Part shown: piece after piece, positions 33,401-42,696 of the stretch
How the letters are laid out: each line of letters opens with the position of its first letter
Position numbering within the stretch: position 1 is the first letter of the stretch
Assembly: GCA_965217585.1 (NCBI GenBank)
Contig: OZ244561.1
Span: 4,192,001 to 4,256,000 of the forward strand
Source of the DNA: Candidatus Latescibacterota bacterium
GTDB taxonomy: Bacteria; Latescibacterota; UBA2968; UBA8231
DNA length: 64,000 nt
Direction: 5' to 3'
The notes under the pieces: model-generated
The model's input: the letters and a program-made list of their open reading frames with translations, nothing else
What the model was told of the DNA's origin: nothing
The model's database searches: none
Translations under genes and position numbers: made by a program

Positions 33401-33891
33401 TCTTCGATCGCCGTAGCAATCCCTTTGCCTTTGTCACGCTCAAAGACCTCAACAGCACGGGCGATATCGCGTTTTTCGCCGAAGCCTTCGCCAACCACCA
33501 ACAGCTACTTGTGGAAGGCGAAACCATCCTCGTAGAGGGGCGTGTTTGCGAGCGCAACGGACGCCTGAGTTTACAGGCCGACCGCGCCCTGCTCCTCAAA
33601 TCGGCGCGGGCGGAACTGACCAAGTCCATCACTTTGTCGCTGTCCTACCAGAAAGTGGGCGACCCCCTTCTCAGCCGGCTGCGCCGCCTCTGCGAGCGCC
33701 ACATGGGCGATTGCGAACTGTGGCTCCAGCTCAAAAACGGCGACGAGCAGGACAAGATGGTGCGCTCGAAGACGATTCGCGTCGATCCCTGCGATGATTT
33801 GCTGCGCGGCATTGAGGAATTGATCGGCCCCCGATCCACCCGGCTGACGCCCAAGGTGCAAGCACCCGTGGGCTTCCGCCATTCGAGTTAA
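30436..33891 (+). CDS. dnaE: DNA polymerase III subunit alpha
   Basis: PHP motif HLHGHSEYSLLDG, GRGSAAG, FERFLNPER, PDIDIDF, YGFNKAH, C-terminal OB fold. Confidence 0.97.
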   Translation: MASADFVHLHGHSEYSLLDGGCRISEMAELAAEQGMPALALTDHGNLFGVIEHYKTCQAAGIKPIIGCEVYVAIDSRHLRQAARGLTHASNHLILLAKDATGYRNLTKLVSKGYLEGYYYNPRIDKELLREHAEGLICMSACIGGEIPHLIQREGLAAAEKVAREFMDIFGDDYYLEIQRHDIDPEAKVNDGLLKLHRKLGVPLVATNDFHFLGATDHAAHDALICIQTGKTVDEKNRLCYPDGLYMKSPEEMQSLFADLPDALERTLEIADKCNVELEFGKTYMPDFPIPAGYASSDDYLTQLAQEGLERRYGTVDPAVQERLDYELSVITSQDFSGYFLIVWDLVNYARNQGISVGPGRGSAAGCLASYCLGITNIDPIKYDLIFERFLNPERIEPPDIDIDFDDTRRDEVLRYVVDKYGKDNVSQVITFGTMGAKAVVRDVGRVLGMPFGEVDRIAKQVPTELKITLDKAIERVPELQQVAQAPGDEGKLIEYARKLEGMARHASVHACAVIIAPGELTDYVPLYRAPKDGRITTQFVGETCMDIGLLKIDILGLTALSLVDEAVRLIQLKEPDFDLEVIPWDDRATFDLFGRGETIGVFQFESAGMREYLSKFKPDTIEDIIAMNALYRPGPMDKIPTFIARKHGEEAVAYDHPKLESILEPTYGVMVYQEQVMRIAQELAGFTLGQADILRKAMGKKKPEEMAKVKKDFVVGCVAHEVERTLANKLFGEIEIFAGYGFNKAHAACYAEGAYKNAYLKTHYPQEYMAASLTIERNNTDRLTVLLDDCRRMDIRVLPPDINQSTLNFTPTDEGIRYGLAAIKNVGEGAAQSVVDTRIADGPFTTLFEFCERIDLRAVNRRVVESLIAAGALDSLEGHRAQKMEALESAFKAASKAQEAREKGQISLFDGGGSSELERWDLPEVAEWSEREKLAKERDLLGFYISSHPLKPYARDLKNFARPLSEIDGQHNGAPLRVGGLVEEVRKLFDRRSNPFAFVTLKDLNSTGDIAFFAEAFANHQQLLVEGETILVEGRVCERNGRLSLQADRALLLKSARAELTKSITLSLSYQKVGDPLLSRLRRLCERHMGDCELWLQLKNGDEQDKMVRSKTIRVDPCDDLLRGIEELIGPRSTRLTPKVQAPVGFRHSS

Positions 33892-33905
33892 ATACAGGAC
33901 GTACT

Positions 33906-34463
33906 ATGAGCGCAATGGCGATCAAAGGGCTTGTGACCGGGTTGGCACTCCTAGGGCTGGGCTGTGCCCCATCCGAGCCGCAAGGGGACAAGCTCTTCCC
34001 CCCGCAGTCTGCTAAGTGGAGCGACTATCAGGGCCGGAGCGTGGATTTGCGCGATTACGAGGGCAAGGTTGTCTTGGTCAACTTCTGGGCGACGTGGTGC
34101 GGCCCGTGCCGCTACGAGATTCCAGCTTTGGTCGAGATGAGCAACGAGTACGACCCCGAGCAGGTGGCGATCATTGGCATTTCCCTAGATCAAGGCCCCC
34201 CCGAGCGCGTCCTACCCCTAATAGGCGAGTTCGTCGAGCGCTTGGCCATTAACTACCCAGTGGTTCACGACAGCCAACTCGAACTGCTTCGCGCCTTCTA
34301 CAAAAAAAACCTAGCGAAGGTGGGCGTGCCGCTCACCTTTATTTTTGATCGCGCGGGCCGCGTGTACAAGACGCACTTAGGCGTGCCGAGCGACCGGAGC
34401 GGTCGGCCCAATCCCCGCGGGGTATTCGGCGAGGATATCGAGACCCTGTTGGCCCGCTCGTAG
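33906..34463 (+). CDS. TlpA/ResA-family thiol-disulfide oxidoreductase lipoprotein
   Basis: Lipobox LGLGC, VLVNFWATWCGPC. Confidence 0.88.
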   Translation: MSAMAIKGLVTGLALLGLGCAPSEPQGDKLFPPQSAKWSDYQGRSVDLRDYEGKVVLVNFWATWCGPCRYEIPALVEMSNEYDPEQVAIIGISLDQGPPERVLPLIGEFVERLAINYPVVHDSQLELLRAFYKKNLAKVGVPLTFIFDRAGRVYKTHLGVPSDRSGRPNPRGVFGEDIETLLARS

Positions 34464-34479
34464 GGCGTCGGGATGTAAC

Positions 34480-34519
34480 AAAAGAAGGGATGGTCCGCAG
34501 TGGGACCATCCCTTCTTTT
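34480..34519. terminator. bidirectional intrinsic terminator
   Basis: AAAAGAAGGGATGGTCC-loop-GGACCATCCCTTCTTTT. Confidence 0.85.
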
Positions 34520-34542
34520 GTGTGTAGGTGTTGAGCTTTGCC

Positions 34543-34836
34543 CTAGTGGTTCGAGTAGTGCTCCTCTAAGACTTGCTTGCCGTGGCGCTGGACCAGCACT
34601 TCTTTGAACGTAGCGATGGAGTCGCCAGTGCGCAGGTGCTTGAGCATCTCGCTTTTGGACATGACCATCAGCGTGCCATTTTTGTAGTCGGGGAAGCGAC
34701 AAAAGCTGAATTCGATTGGCTCGCCGGTGACGCAGCAGGTGTCTTCGAGTTCTAGCTCGATCTGCGTGCCGGGATCAAACGAAAATTCAGCGTTGTCGTC
34801 GTCGCTGTTGGATTGGACTTTTTTGGGCCTTGCCAT
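34543..34836 (-). CDS. small hypothetical protein
   Basis: GAGGAG RBS, ATG start, ends before a terminator; contains CCVTG. Confidence 0.7.
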   Translation of the reverse strand: MARPKKVQSNSDDDNAEFSFDPGTQIELELEDTCCVTGEPIEFSFCRFPDYKNGTLMVMSKSEMLKHLRTGDSIATFKEVLVQRHGKQVLEEHYSNH

Positions 34837-34893
34837 GCTATTCTCCTCGTGAAATGAACTTAAAAAATAAGAAAATGCCGCCGCTGAGCAAGC

Positions 34894-35655
34894 TCAGTAC
34901 GGCAGATCGGCAAAGCGCGATAGCACATCCGGCCCGTCGTTGGTGACGGCCACGGTGTGCTCGTATTGAGCCGAGAGCTTGCCGTCGGCTGTGACGGCCG
35001 TCCAGTCGTCGTCGAGCACGCGCGTTTCGTGCTCGCCCTCGTTGACCATCGGCTCGATGGTCAAGACCATGCCGTTTTGCAGGCGGCGGCCCGTACCGAC
35101 CTTGCCGTAGTGGAGCAACTGGGGTTCCTCGTGGAAGTTGCGGCCAATGCCGTGGCCGCAGTACGCGCGCACGATGGAAAAGCCGCGCGCTTCGACATAG
35201 CTTTGGATGGCGTGGCCAATGTCGCCGAGGCGTCGCCCGGGCGCACAAGCGGCCAACCCCTCCTCCAAGCTCTGGCGCGTGGTGTCGAGCAGGTGTTGGG
35301 CTTTGGGGGGCACGCAGCCGGCTTTCATGGTGACGTTCATGTCGCCGTGAAAGCCATCCTTTTTAACGGCAATGTCAACGGCGAGGATGTCCCCGTCTTG
35401 CAGGACGCGGTCTCCGGGGATGCCGTGGACGACTTCGTCGTTGACGGAGACGCAGATGCTGCGGGGAAAGCCGCGGTAGCCCAAGGCACTGGCAACCGCC
35501 CCTTGGCTGCGGATGTAGCGGTCGGCTATTTGGTCGAGGTCGAGGGTGGTGACCCCGGGCGCGAGGGCCTCTTCGACGCAGAGCATGGCTTCGGCGGCAA
35601 TGCGGCAACTGGCGCGGATGCGGTCGATTTCCAAGGCTGATTTGAGATGTACCAT
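34894..35655 (-). CDS. map: methionine aminopeptidase type I
   Basis: CVSVNDEVVHGIP, GHGIG..FHEEP, TIEPM, SAQYEHT. Confidence 0.96.
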   Translation of the reverse strand: MVHLKSALEIDRIRASCRIAAEAMLCVEEALAPGVTTLDLDQIADRYIRSQGAVASALGYRGFPRSICVSVNDEVVHGIPGDRVLQDGDILAVDIAVKKDGFHGDMNVTMKAGCVPPKAQHLLDTTRQSLEEGLAACAPGRRLGDIGHAIQSYVEARGFSIVRAYCGHGIGRNFHEEPQLLHYGKVGTGRRLQNGMVLTIEPMVNEGEHETRVLDDDWTAVTADGKLSAQYEHTVAVTNDGPDVLSRFADLPY

Positions 35656-35712
35656 AGGGATTAAAAATCGGGTATTGAGCGGAAAAATGTCAAGCTCTTA
35701 TAACGAGCAACC

Positions 35713-36735
35713 ATGAAAACGCCCCGCGTATCGGTACTACTACCCGTGTTCAACGCAGCCGCCACACTGGCGGAAACCTTGGAGAGCATCCAAGCGCAGA
35801 GCTGCGAAGATTTTGAGGTCGTGGCCATAGACGACGGCTCGGAGGACGAGAGCGGGGACATACTCTTGGAATGGAGTTGCCGCGACCCCCGCTTTAGAGT
35901 TTTGCTCGCCGACCACCAAGGCATTGTCGAGGCCCCTAACCGAGGTTTGGCCTTGTGTCGGGGCGCGTACGTAGCGCGCATGGACGCCGACGACCGGATG
36001 CACCCCGAGCGCTTAGAAAAACAACTCGCGTGGTTGGAAGGGGATCCCGGGCTAAGCGTCGTGAGCTGTTTGGTGGAGATCTTTCCGCGTGAGGAGACCG
36101 GAGAGGGGATGTTGGTGTACGAGGCTTGGTTGAACGGCTTGGTGGATAGCGCGGCGATTGAACGAGAGTTTTTTGTCGAGAGTCCCATCGCCAATCCGTC
36201 GGCCATGATGCGTCGCGAGGAGTTGGTGGCCTTGGGGGGCTACCAAGATCGGGGATGGCCGGAAGACTACGATCTGTGGTTGCGCTATCGGGCGGCGGGC
36301 CGGCGCTTTGCCAAGGTGCCGGAGGTCTTGCACTACTGGCGCGAGCATCCGCGGCGGGCCACACACGTGCAGGGCCGCTACTCAGTGGAGAATTTCCTCC
36401 GCGCCAAAGCGCATTATCTTTGCGCCGGGCCGCTGCAAGAGCGGGATGGGCTGGCCGTCTGGGGCGCGGGCAAGACCGGCCGCCGGCTCGCCAAGCACTT
36501 GGAGCGCGAAGGCCGTGCTCCCGATGTATTTGTCGATATCGCGCCCAAGAAAATCGGCGGCACCTTGCGGCGTAAGCCCGTGATCGGACCGGATGACTTA
36601 CCGGCTTGGTGGACGCGCCACGAGCGGCCGATCCTATTGGCGGCCGTGGCGTCGCGGGGGGCGCGGGCGCTGATTCGGGAGGCGTTGGATGGATGGGGAC
36701 TGATAGAGGGGAATGATTTTTTATGTGTGGCTTAA
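35713..36735 (+). CDS. glycosyltransferase family 2
   Basis: VSVLLPVFN, IDDGS, ARMDADD, EDYDLWLR. Confidence 0.9.
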   Translation: MKTPRVSVLLPVFNAAATLAETLESIQAQSCEDFEVVAIDDGSEDESGDILLEWSCRDPRFRVLLADHQGIVEAPNRGLALCRGAYVARMDADDRMHPERLEKQLAWLEGDPGLSVVSCLVEIFPREETGEGMLVYEAWLNGLVDSAAIEREFFVESPIANPSAMMRREELVALGGYQDRGWPEDYDLWLRYRAAGRRFAKVPEVLHYWREHPRRATHVQGRYSVENFLRAKAHYLCAGPLQERDGLAVWGAGKTGRRLAKHLEREGRAPDVFVDIAPKKIGGTLRRKPVIGPDDLPAWWTRHERPILLAAVASRGARALIREALDGWGLIEGNDFLCVA

Positions 36736-36757
36736 CAAGAACGAGAAAGGAAGCAAT

Positions 36758-37570
36758 ATGACGGTGCAATACGCTCTCAACACATCGACGATCCGCCCGG
36801 CATCGCTGATGGAGAAAATCCGCATCGCCGGACAGATCGGCTACCAAGGCATCGAACTGTGGAACGATGACTTGACCGCGCACGAGCAGCAGGGCGGTTC
36901 GCTCGCGGACGTGCGACAGACACTGGCCGACCACGGGTTGGCGGTGCCGACCGTCATTGCACTCCACGGCTGGTTGGGGGCTGAGGGTGCGGCGCGGGCA
37001 CAGGCATTGGAGGAAGTTCGGCGGCGGATGGCGCAGGCGGTAGCGGTGGGGGCCGAGTTTATCGTCGCCAGCCCGCCGCTGGATTCCTGCGATCTGAGCC
37101 GGGGCGGGGACGATTACCGCGAACTGCTGGAGATCGGCAAAGAAATCGGCGTGCGACCGGCGATGGAGTACCTAGGCTTTGTGCAGAGCGTATATACCAT
37201 CGACCAAGCTTGGCAGATTGCCGAGGATGCCGACCATCCAGATGCAAGTTTGATCATGGATCCATTTCACATTCTACGCGGTGGCGGCCCTATTGCGAGC
37301 ATTGCCAAGGTGCCTGGCGACAAGGTCGCGGTCTGGCACTGGAACGATGCCCCCGGCGACAAGCCCTTTGCCGAACAAAGCGACGCCGACCGGGTGATGC
37401 CGGGCGACGGGGCCGGGCCACTGCGCGAGATCGAGCGGCTGGCGCAAGCGCAGGGATACGAGGGGTTTGTGTCGTTGGAGTTGTTTAATCCGGGGCTATG
37501 GGAGCAGGATCCGGCGGATGTCGCCCGGGTCGGTTTGGAGAAGATGCGGGCGTATTTCGCCGCTTTATAG
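36758..37570 (+). CDS. sugar phosphate isomerase/epimerase (xylose-isomerase-like TIM barrel)
   Basis: GYQGIELW, MEYLG, DPFH, HWND, RVMPGDG, SLELFN. Confidence 0.85.
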   Translation: MTVQYALNTSTIRPASLMEKIRIAGQIGYQGIELWNDDLTAHEQQGGSLADVRQTLADHGLAVPTVIALHGWLGAEGAARAQALEEVRRRMAQAVAVGAEFIVASPPLDSCDLSRGGDDYRELLEIGKEIGVRPAMEYLGFVQSVYTIDQAWQIAEDADHPDASLIMDPFHILRGGGPIASIAKVPGDKVAVWHWNDAPGDKPFAEQSDADRVMPGDGAGPLREIERLAQAQGYEGFVSLELFNPGLWEQDPADVARVGLEKMRAYFAAL

Positions 37571-37591
37571 AGAGCTAATAGGATGAGCAAA

Positions 37592-39196
37592 TTAGTGCTG
37601 CTGCGCTGATTCAATCTTACTGGTCAGGTTTCTAAGTCCCTCCTCGATAGCCCTGCGATCCTCGGGCAGCAAAAAATCGACCATCCGGAAGAGGAATACC
37701 ATCCCTTTGCGCTCCGCAAAGTTTCTGCGTTGAGTCGCTTCGAATTGGGAAACATCCTCTATTTGTCGGCCCATGAGTTCGGCGACGTATCGACGCAATA
37801 CCGCCGGCGGTTCGCGGTAGGGCATCTTGCGCAGGAAGAGTATCAGGTCGTTGCGGTAGAAGACGCGGTCCCACAGCGAATAACCGAGTTGGCGGGCATA
37901 GGCTTCATAGTTTTTCAGCCTACCCGTATCGCCCACTCCCCAGTTTGCACCGACAGCACTCTGCGCCAGATCCTCGACCATGGAGCGGGCGATTAGGTAA
38001 TGCCCATACACAGTTGGATGCAAGTACTCAGCGATCAATTCGTTCCCGACAATGCCGTGCGGCGAGTTGGCGGCAAAGGCTTTTTCCACATCGCTCAACA
38101 GGATCTGGCCCTCGGCCGCGCCGGCCAGCTTGCGGATGATCTGATTGAATACCGTGGGGGCGCGAAAAGGTAGCCTGTCCATGTCTCGGGCGTAGACAAA
38201 GGCCTTGTGGGCCTTGCTGTGCGCCCTGCGCCTATAGTGCAGTCGGCCCAATTCAAAGTGGATGCCGGCGCAATAGGGGTCCTCATCGAGTGCTTCCTCG
38301 CAGACGGCTATGGCTTCCTGCAGTCGGCCTTGGCGTACTAGGCCGTCCAGCTCTCGCGATAAATCCCCGCCGTCGCAGTCCGAGCGCAGCGGATAGAAGT
38401 CCTTTAGATTGGCAACCAGAGTCGAAAGCAGCACCGGAGTCCCGTGCTGACGGGCCTGCAGCAGTATTTCCCCTAGATTGTCCCGGTAGTTTTCCGCAGT
38501 GACTTGGTGTTCCTCATCGAGCAGGCCAATTTCCCTGCCGACCAGATGGAGTCCGAACTTCTCCTCTGCGGGGCTCCACCACTTTTGCAGACGGTAGATC
38601 GCCTCGCTGAGAAAGTAGTAGATTCTGGAGCGCTGCAACTCCATGTAGAGCCGGATCCAGGTCCGATTGTTGCCGAATTTGCGGAAGGGAGTGGTGACCC
38701 CGTAAGGGCCGACAAATTCGTTGTGCCCCGCGTAGAGGATGATCAAGTCCGGCTCATACCCGATGATTTCGGCCGCGAAGTCCAGCAGACAGAAGGTATT
38801 GATGGCGGTCATGCCGCAGTTGATGACCTCGAAGTGTCTGTCCGGATAGACCTCGGCCAGCATTGCTGCGAGAAAATGCGGAAAAGCCGTATTGGGCGGG
38901 TTGGGAAAACCGAGCAGAGTAGAGGCCCCTAGGACAAAAATGCGCACCGTGTCAGGTGGTTTTTTTTGTGGGAAACTCGGATCGTAAGGTACGGGACGCC
39001 GGTACTGCTGTTGAAAGAAACGGTGGCCGACGTGCGGGTTGACCTCGTATACGACCTCGCCATCCCGGTGGAACGCCAGAAAAAGCCGACTGGAAGGGCC
39101 TGCATCCACTAGGTAGAGGGCAACTTCGAGCAGTACTAGAGCCCCCATCCCCAGCAGAACCGCCAGAAGATTTAGGAAAAGCGATTTCTTCAGCAT
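37592..39196 (-). CDS. membrane-anchored SGNH/GDSL-like hydrolase with TPR
   Basis: VLGAST, EVINCG, YAGHNE and EYLHPT blocks; N-terminal TM helix; TPR-like helices. Confidence 0.72.
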   Translation of the reverse strand: MLKKSLFLNLLAVLLGMGALVLLEVALYLVDAGPSSRLFLAFHRDGEVVYEVNPHVGHRFFQQQYRRPVPYDPSFPQKKPPDTVRIFVLGASTLLGFPNPPNTAFPHFLAAMLAEVYPDRHFEVINCGMTAINTFCLLDFAAEIIGYEPDLIILYAGHNEFVGPYGVTTPFRKFGNNRTWIRLYMELQRSRIYYFLSEAIYRLQKWWSPAEEKFGLHLVGREIGLLDEEHQVTAENYRDNLGEILLQARQHGTPVLLSTLVANLKDFYPLRSDCDGGDLSRELDGLVRQGRLQEAIAVCEEALDEDPYCAGIHFELGRLHYRRRAHSKAHKAFVYARDMDRLPFRAPTVFNQIIRKLAGAAEGQILLSDVEKAFAANSPHGIVGNELIAEYLHPTVYGHYLIARSMVEDLAQSAVGANWGVGDTGRLKNYEAYARQLGYSLWDRVFYRNDLILFLRKMPYREPPAVLRRYVAELMGRQIEDVSQFEATQRRNFAERKGMVFLFRMVDFLLPEDRRAIEEGLRNLTSKIESAQQH

Positions 39197-39221
39197 CGAT
39201 GCGCCAACGCCAACCAGCTAC

Positions 39222-42200
39222 CTAATACACCACGGCAATCACCCGATAGTCCACCGTGTGAGTAGCCTCCACCGCGTCCGCATCCACCGCGATCTTGCAC
39301 AGATAGAGACCAGGCGGAACTACCTTCTGCGCCTCGTCCCAGCCCTCCCACACCACGCTCTGTTCGCCAAACCCCATCTGGACTTTGTGCCAGACTCGAC
39401 GGCCGCTGAGGTCGAAAATCTCGACCCGTATTTCGCGATCTGCATTGAGGTTGCCCAGGGAGAAGCGGATCTGCATCTGATCGTTGACGCCGTCGGCGTT
39501 GGGGGTAAAGGGATTGGGAGAGATCACCACATCCCGCACCACCCGGGCGTTGATCGGTACGGCGATACTCATAGTGCTTCCCTCTCTTAGAGAGGTCGCA
39601 TCCCCGGCATCCACCTGCTGCCATATTGCCGGCCCACCGGCATCGCGGATTGATGCGTCGATCGTGCTTCCATTCAATATCACCTTGGCCTTAAAACGGA
39701 CCCGGACCAGTTCCCCTGCAGCTACAATCGATCCTTTTTCGTCCGTTGGCAACGCGTTGTACGCGGCCTGGGACAGCGGCTGCCCTGCCCGGTCAAAGGG
39801 AAATTCTCCACCCCTGCCGATCAACTTGCGAAAATAGAGAATCTCCCCTTTCAGAGAATCCTCCAGACTCTTGTACTGAAAATTGGTGACTTCTTCCTCG
39901 ATAAACGTGCCATCCGGGTTCTTACCGACAACCTGGAAGTAGACCGTGCGCCCCTGCTGCTCTGAAGGCAGGCTCAAATAAGTGAGCTGGTTCAACGGGC
40001 GACCGTCCTCATCCACGGGGACTTCTTCCCCCTCTTCCAAGATGAGCCGATTGTAGAACCGCGATTTCTCCGCTTGGGGCAACAGACCGACCTTGTGCGG
40101 CAGACGCATCAGCAGTTTGGATCCGGCCGCATCGGCATCCCCGGCGGCGATTCCTCCCTGGAAGACTTTGAGCGTATCGCCGGAGGCGGGATCAATCAAG
40201 ACCTGAAAACGCTCTCCGGCGTCCTCGAACCAGTAGTCCTGCTCTCCCGCGACCAGACGCGACCCGAGTTCGGTGAAATTCTGTCCAGTGTCATTTTGCA
40301 AGTCCTCCTCCGGCCCTATGCTCACATCTAGGAGTTTGATCGCCCGAATGGGATCGGCATCAATGAGGATCTCGTCGAAGCGCCGACTCCCCTGACCATC
40401 GGGCTCGCGCTCTACAAAGGTGGGATTGAGATAGACCTCAAAATCCTGCAGCGTGCCCAGAGATACCTCGTTGGGCCAGATTTCGCCGGTCGCTCGGCGG
40501 GCTACCGGCGGGAGAAAATGCACCCGTACAGAGCGGATACTAGCGACCATGTCGGGCACCCGGGAAACCATCTTCACCTGAATCTGCAAAAACCGCCTCG
40601 GGCTGGGAGAAGTGATGGGCTCGCCTGACTCGATGTATTTCTGACTCCAGGGGCTCCATCCACCTCCCGGTATCCTGCTGGTGACCATAGGGCCTTGGAA
40701 CTTGGCGGGCAATTTATTGTAGTCCGCTTCGGTCTTGGAATCGCCGCCGCTGCCGTAGTATTCGGTTATCTCTATCAAACGGTCTCCGGTGCGGGTGCGG
40801 ATCTCCACATCGACCAGATCGGGATCGGGGATATCGGCTTCCCACTCTATCTTGCCCAGGACGAACACGCCCGGCAATTCGATCAGGGGCGAAGTCAGAA
40901 CAACCTCCGGGGGATACCCCTCGCCAAAGACCTGCACTTCCCTGAACCCGTCCGCGAGGATCCCACTTCCCGCGGCGCGCTGGAAATCTACCGTGGACCG
41001 GGACCACAAGTAGCGTACCCGCATGGGACGCTCCAAGAGTTGTTCGTAATTTACCCGGGTCACGCCTTTCTCGCTCCGGTCTATTTGCATCCACTTCAGA
41101 TTGCCATTGGTATCTCTGCTTCCGTCCGAGACGCGGGTCAAGTACTCATGGCGGCTAGAAATACTTCCCACCCAGCGCAATTGATCGATCCAGAAGACGG
41201 CTCCCAGATCTACGATGAGTGTACCTCTATCCTCAAAGCGGGGGTCTGGTTGCCAGACCTCCTGCCTAAAATGGGTGTCGTAGATCCCGTCAAATCCCTC
41301 TGCCGCCGTCAATGGCCCGAGCAGGTCAACACTGCCGCCGCCCTCGATAATGCCTAGGGCGATATTGTTCCCTTGGGACCACACCTCGATATCCGCTAGG
41401 CGGGGGCGCTCCCGCTGGTAGGAGGCCAGTCGGCTCTGGCGATCGGCGGGAACCTGATCGAAGACCGCCTTGTCCACCTTAGTCTCTTTGCCAACTGCAT
41501 TCACAATGAAGTAATCGATGCCCCCCTGGTCCCCCAGAGGCAGGTCTATATATTCTCGCTCGGAGATTTCCTTGAACTTGTCGAATTTGCTGTCCGTGAT
41601 CTGAATGCGTAGCCGGTGTACTAGCAGGTAATTCCTACTCGGATCGTTTGCAATCAAATTGTCGAATTCGACTACTCGCCGATCCTCGTTAGGTGTCACC
41701 GTGCGCGCGGTCAAGCTCAAAGTGGCGTCCCGCTTTTGCGAAGGCGTGGTGAGGATGCGGAACTGGCGGAAGGGCTCGCCCACCTCTTCGTCCACAAAGC
41801 GCAGCACGATCTTCGAGACCGGCACCACCCGGCCCAACTCCACATCCACGTACCACTTTTCTAGGGAGCGGCTGTTATACTGGATCCGCCGCCCACTGGT
41901 GCTGGTCTGCTCGTAGGTATTCCGGCCCACGCGACGCTCCTGGCCGGCCGCGTCTTTGGCGAAATAATAAATGGACCCCTGTTCACCCAGAGGCAGGGCA
42001 TGGTACTCTTCCTCGCTCACCTCGGTGCTCGGCTCCCAATAGGTACTCGGATCGCCGTCGAGGATATTGGCGGCCATTTCCGAGCGGTAGGGCACCTCCC
42101 TAATGCCTCCCTGGTAGAAGTACCAAATCACGGGATCGCCTACTTCTATGCCTTTCTTGGCGTCCGCTTTCAAGTGCAAAATTGGGGACCCGGCTACATG

Positions 42201-42575
42201 GGCCGGACCCGTGACTATGTTGAGCGGCAGCGAGGCACCCTCTCGCTTGAGGGTCTTGACCAGTTTATCATATGCCTTCTGGTCGCCGATCCTGATGCGG
42301 AACCGCTCCATATCTTCTATGACGTTGATGTTTTTGCTAATGCGGCGCGGCGCGGCCGTGTGGGTCACGGGATCTATTGCCACTGCGTGCTCGGGCCGCC
42401 CCCACACTTCCCATTGCTCGGCCCTGTCCACCACGATTCCTTCCGCGGACATGCTGTAGCCCTGCTCGGGCGTCTGCGCCCGACTCCGATCCGTCCAACA
42501 GGCCAAAAGGCACAGCGAGAACACAGCGAGCAAGTAGACCTGCTCCAATCGGGAGGTACTTTTGCAATGAGCCAT
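39222..42575 (-). CDS. large secreted protein with C-terminal FlgD-Ig/CHU_C-like domain (paralog 1)
   Basis: Signal peptide; discoidin-like DGDPSTYW/VELG segments; SPNPFTPNADGVND...IFDLSGR...PGLYL...IAVVY; GGAG RBS above ATG 42575. Confidence 0.8.
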   Translation of the reverse strand: MAHCKSTSRLEQVYLLAVFSLCLLACWTDRSRAQTPEQGYSMSAEGIVVDRAEQWEVWGRPEHAVAIDPVTHTAAPRRISKNINVIEDMERFRIRIGDQKAYDKLVKTLKREGASLPLNIVTGPAHVAGSPILHLKADAKKGIEVGDPVIWYFYQGGIREVPYRSEMAANILDGDPSTYWEPSTEVSEEEYHALPLGEQGSIYYFAKDAAGQERRVGRNTYEQTSTSGRRIQYNSRSLEKWYVDVELGRVVPVSKIVLRFVDEEVGEPFRQFRILTTPSQKRDATLSLTARTVTPNEDRRVVEFDNLIANDPSRNYLLVHRLRIQITDSKFDKFKEISEREYIDLPLGDQGGIDYFIVNAVGKETKVDKAVFDQVPADRQSRLASYQRERPRLADIEVWSQGNNIALGIIEGGGSVDLLGPLTAAEGFDGIYDTHFRQEVWQPDPRFEDRGTLIVDLGAVFWIDQLRWVGSISSRHEYLTRVSDGSRDTNGNLKWMQIDRSEKGVTRVNYEQLLERPMRVRYLWSRSTVDFQRAAGSGILADGFREVQVFGEGYPPEVVLTSPLIELPGVFVLGKIEWEADIPDPDLVDVEIRTRTGDRLIEITEYYGSGGDSKTEADYNKLPAKFQGPMVTSRIPGGGWSPWSQKYIESGEPITSPSPRRFLQIQVKMVSRVPDMVASIRSVRVHFLPPVARRATGEIWPNEVSLGTLQDFEVYLNPTFVEREPDGQGSRRFDEILIDADPIRAIKLLDVSIGPEEDLQNDTGQNFTELGSRLVAGEQDYWFEDAGERFQVLIDPASGDTLKVFQGGIAAGDADAAGSKLLMRLPHKVGLLPQAEKSRFYNRLILEEGEEVPVDEDGRPLNQLTYLSLPSEQQGRTVYFQVVGKNPDGTFIEEEVTNFQYKSLEDSLKGEILYFRKLIGRGGEFPFDRAGQPLSQAAYNALPTDEKGSIVAAGELVRVRFKAKVILNGSTIDASIRDAGGPAIWQQVDAGDATSLREGSTMSIAVPINARVVRDVVISPNPFTPNADGVNDQMQIRFSLGNLNADREIRVEIFDLSGRRVWHKVQMGFGEQSVVWEGWDEAQKVVPPGLYLCKIAVDADAVEATHTVDYRVIAVVY

Positions 42576-42696
42576 TTCTGATATCTCCTCTTTCCAGAGT
42601 GAGTAGGCCGACTTTGCCATTTGCCATAAATAATAAAGGGCTGGGGCACAACTCAAATCGAGTTCCTCCCTCCCTCATAGGACTATGGGATTGGCA

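Noticed and set aside
30436-33891. Intein or split DnaE
   Set aside because: Normal length, contiguous motifs, no splicing signatures
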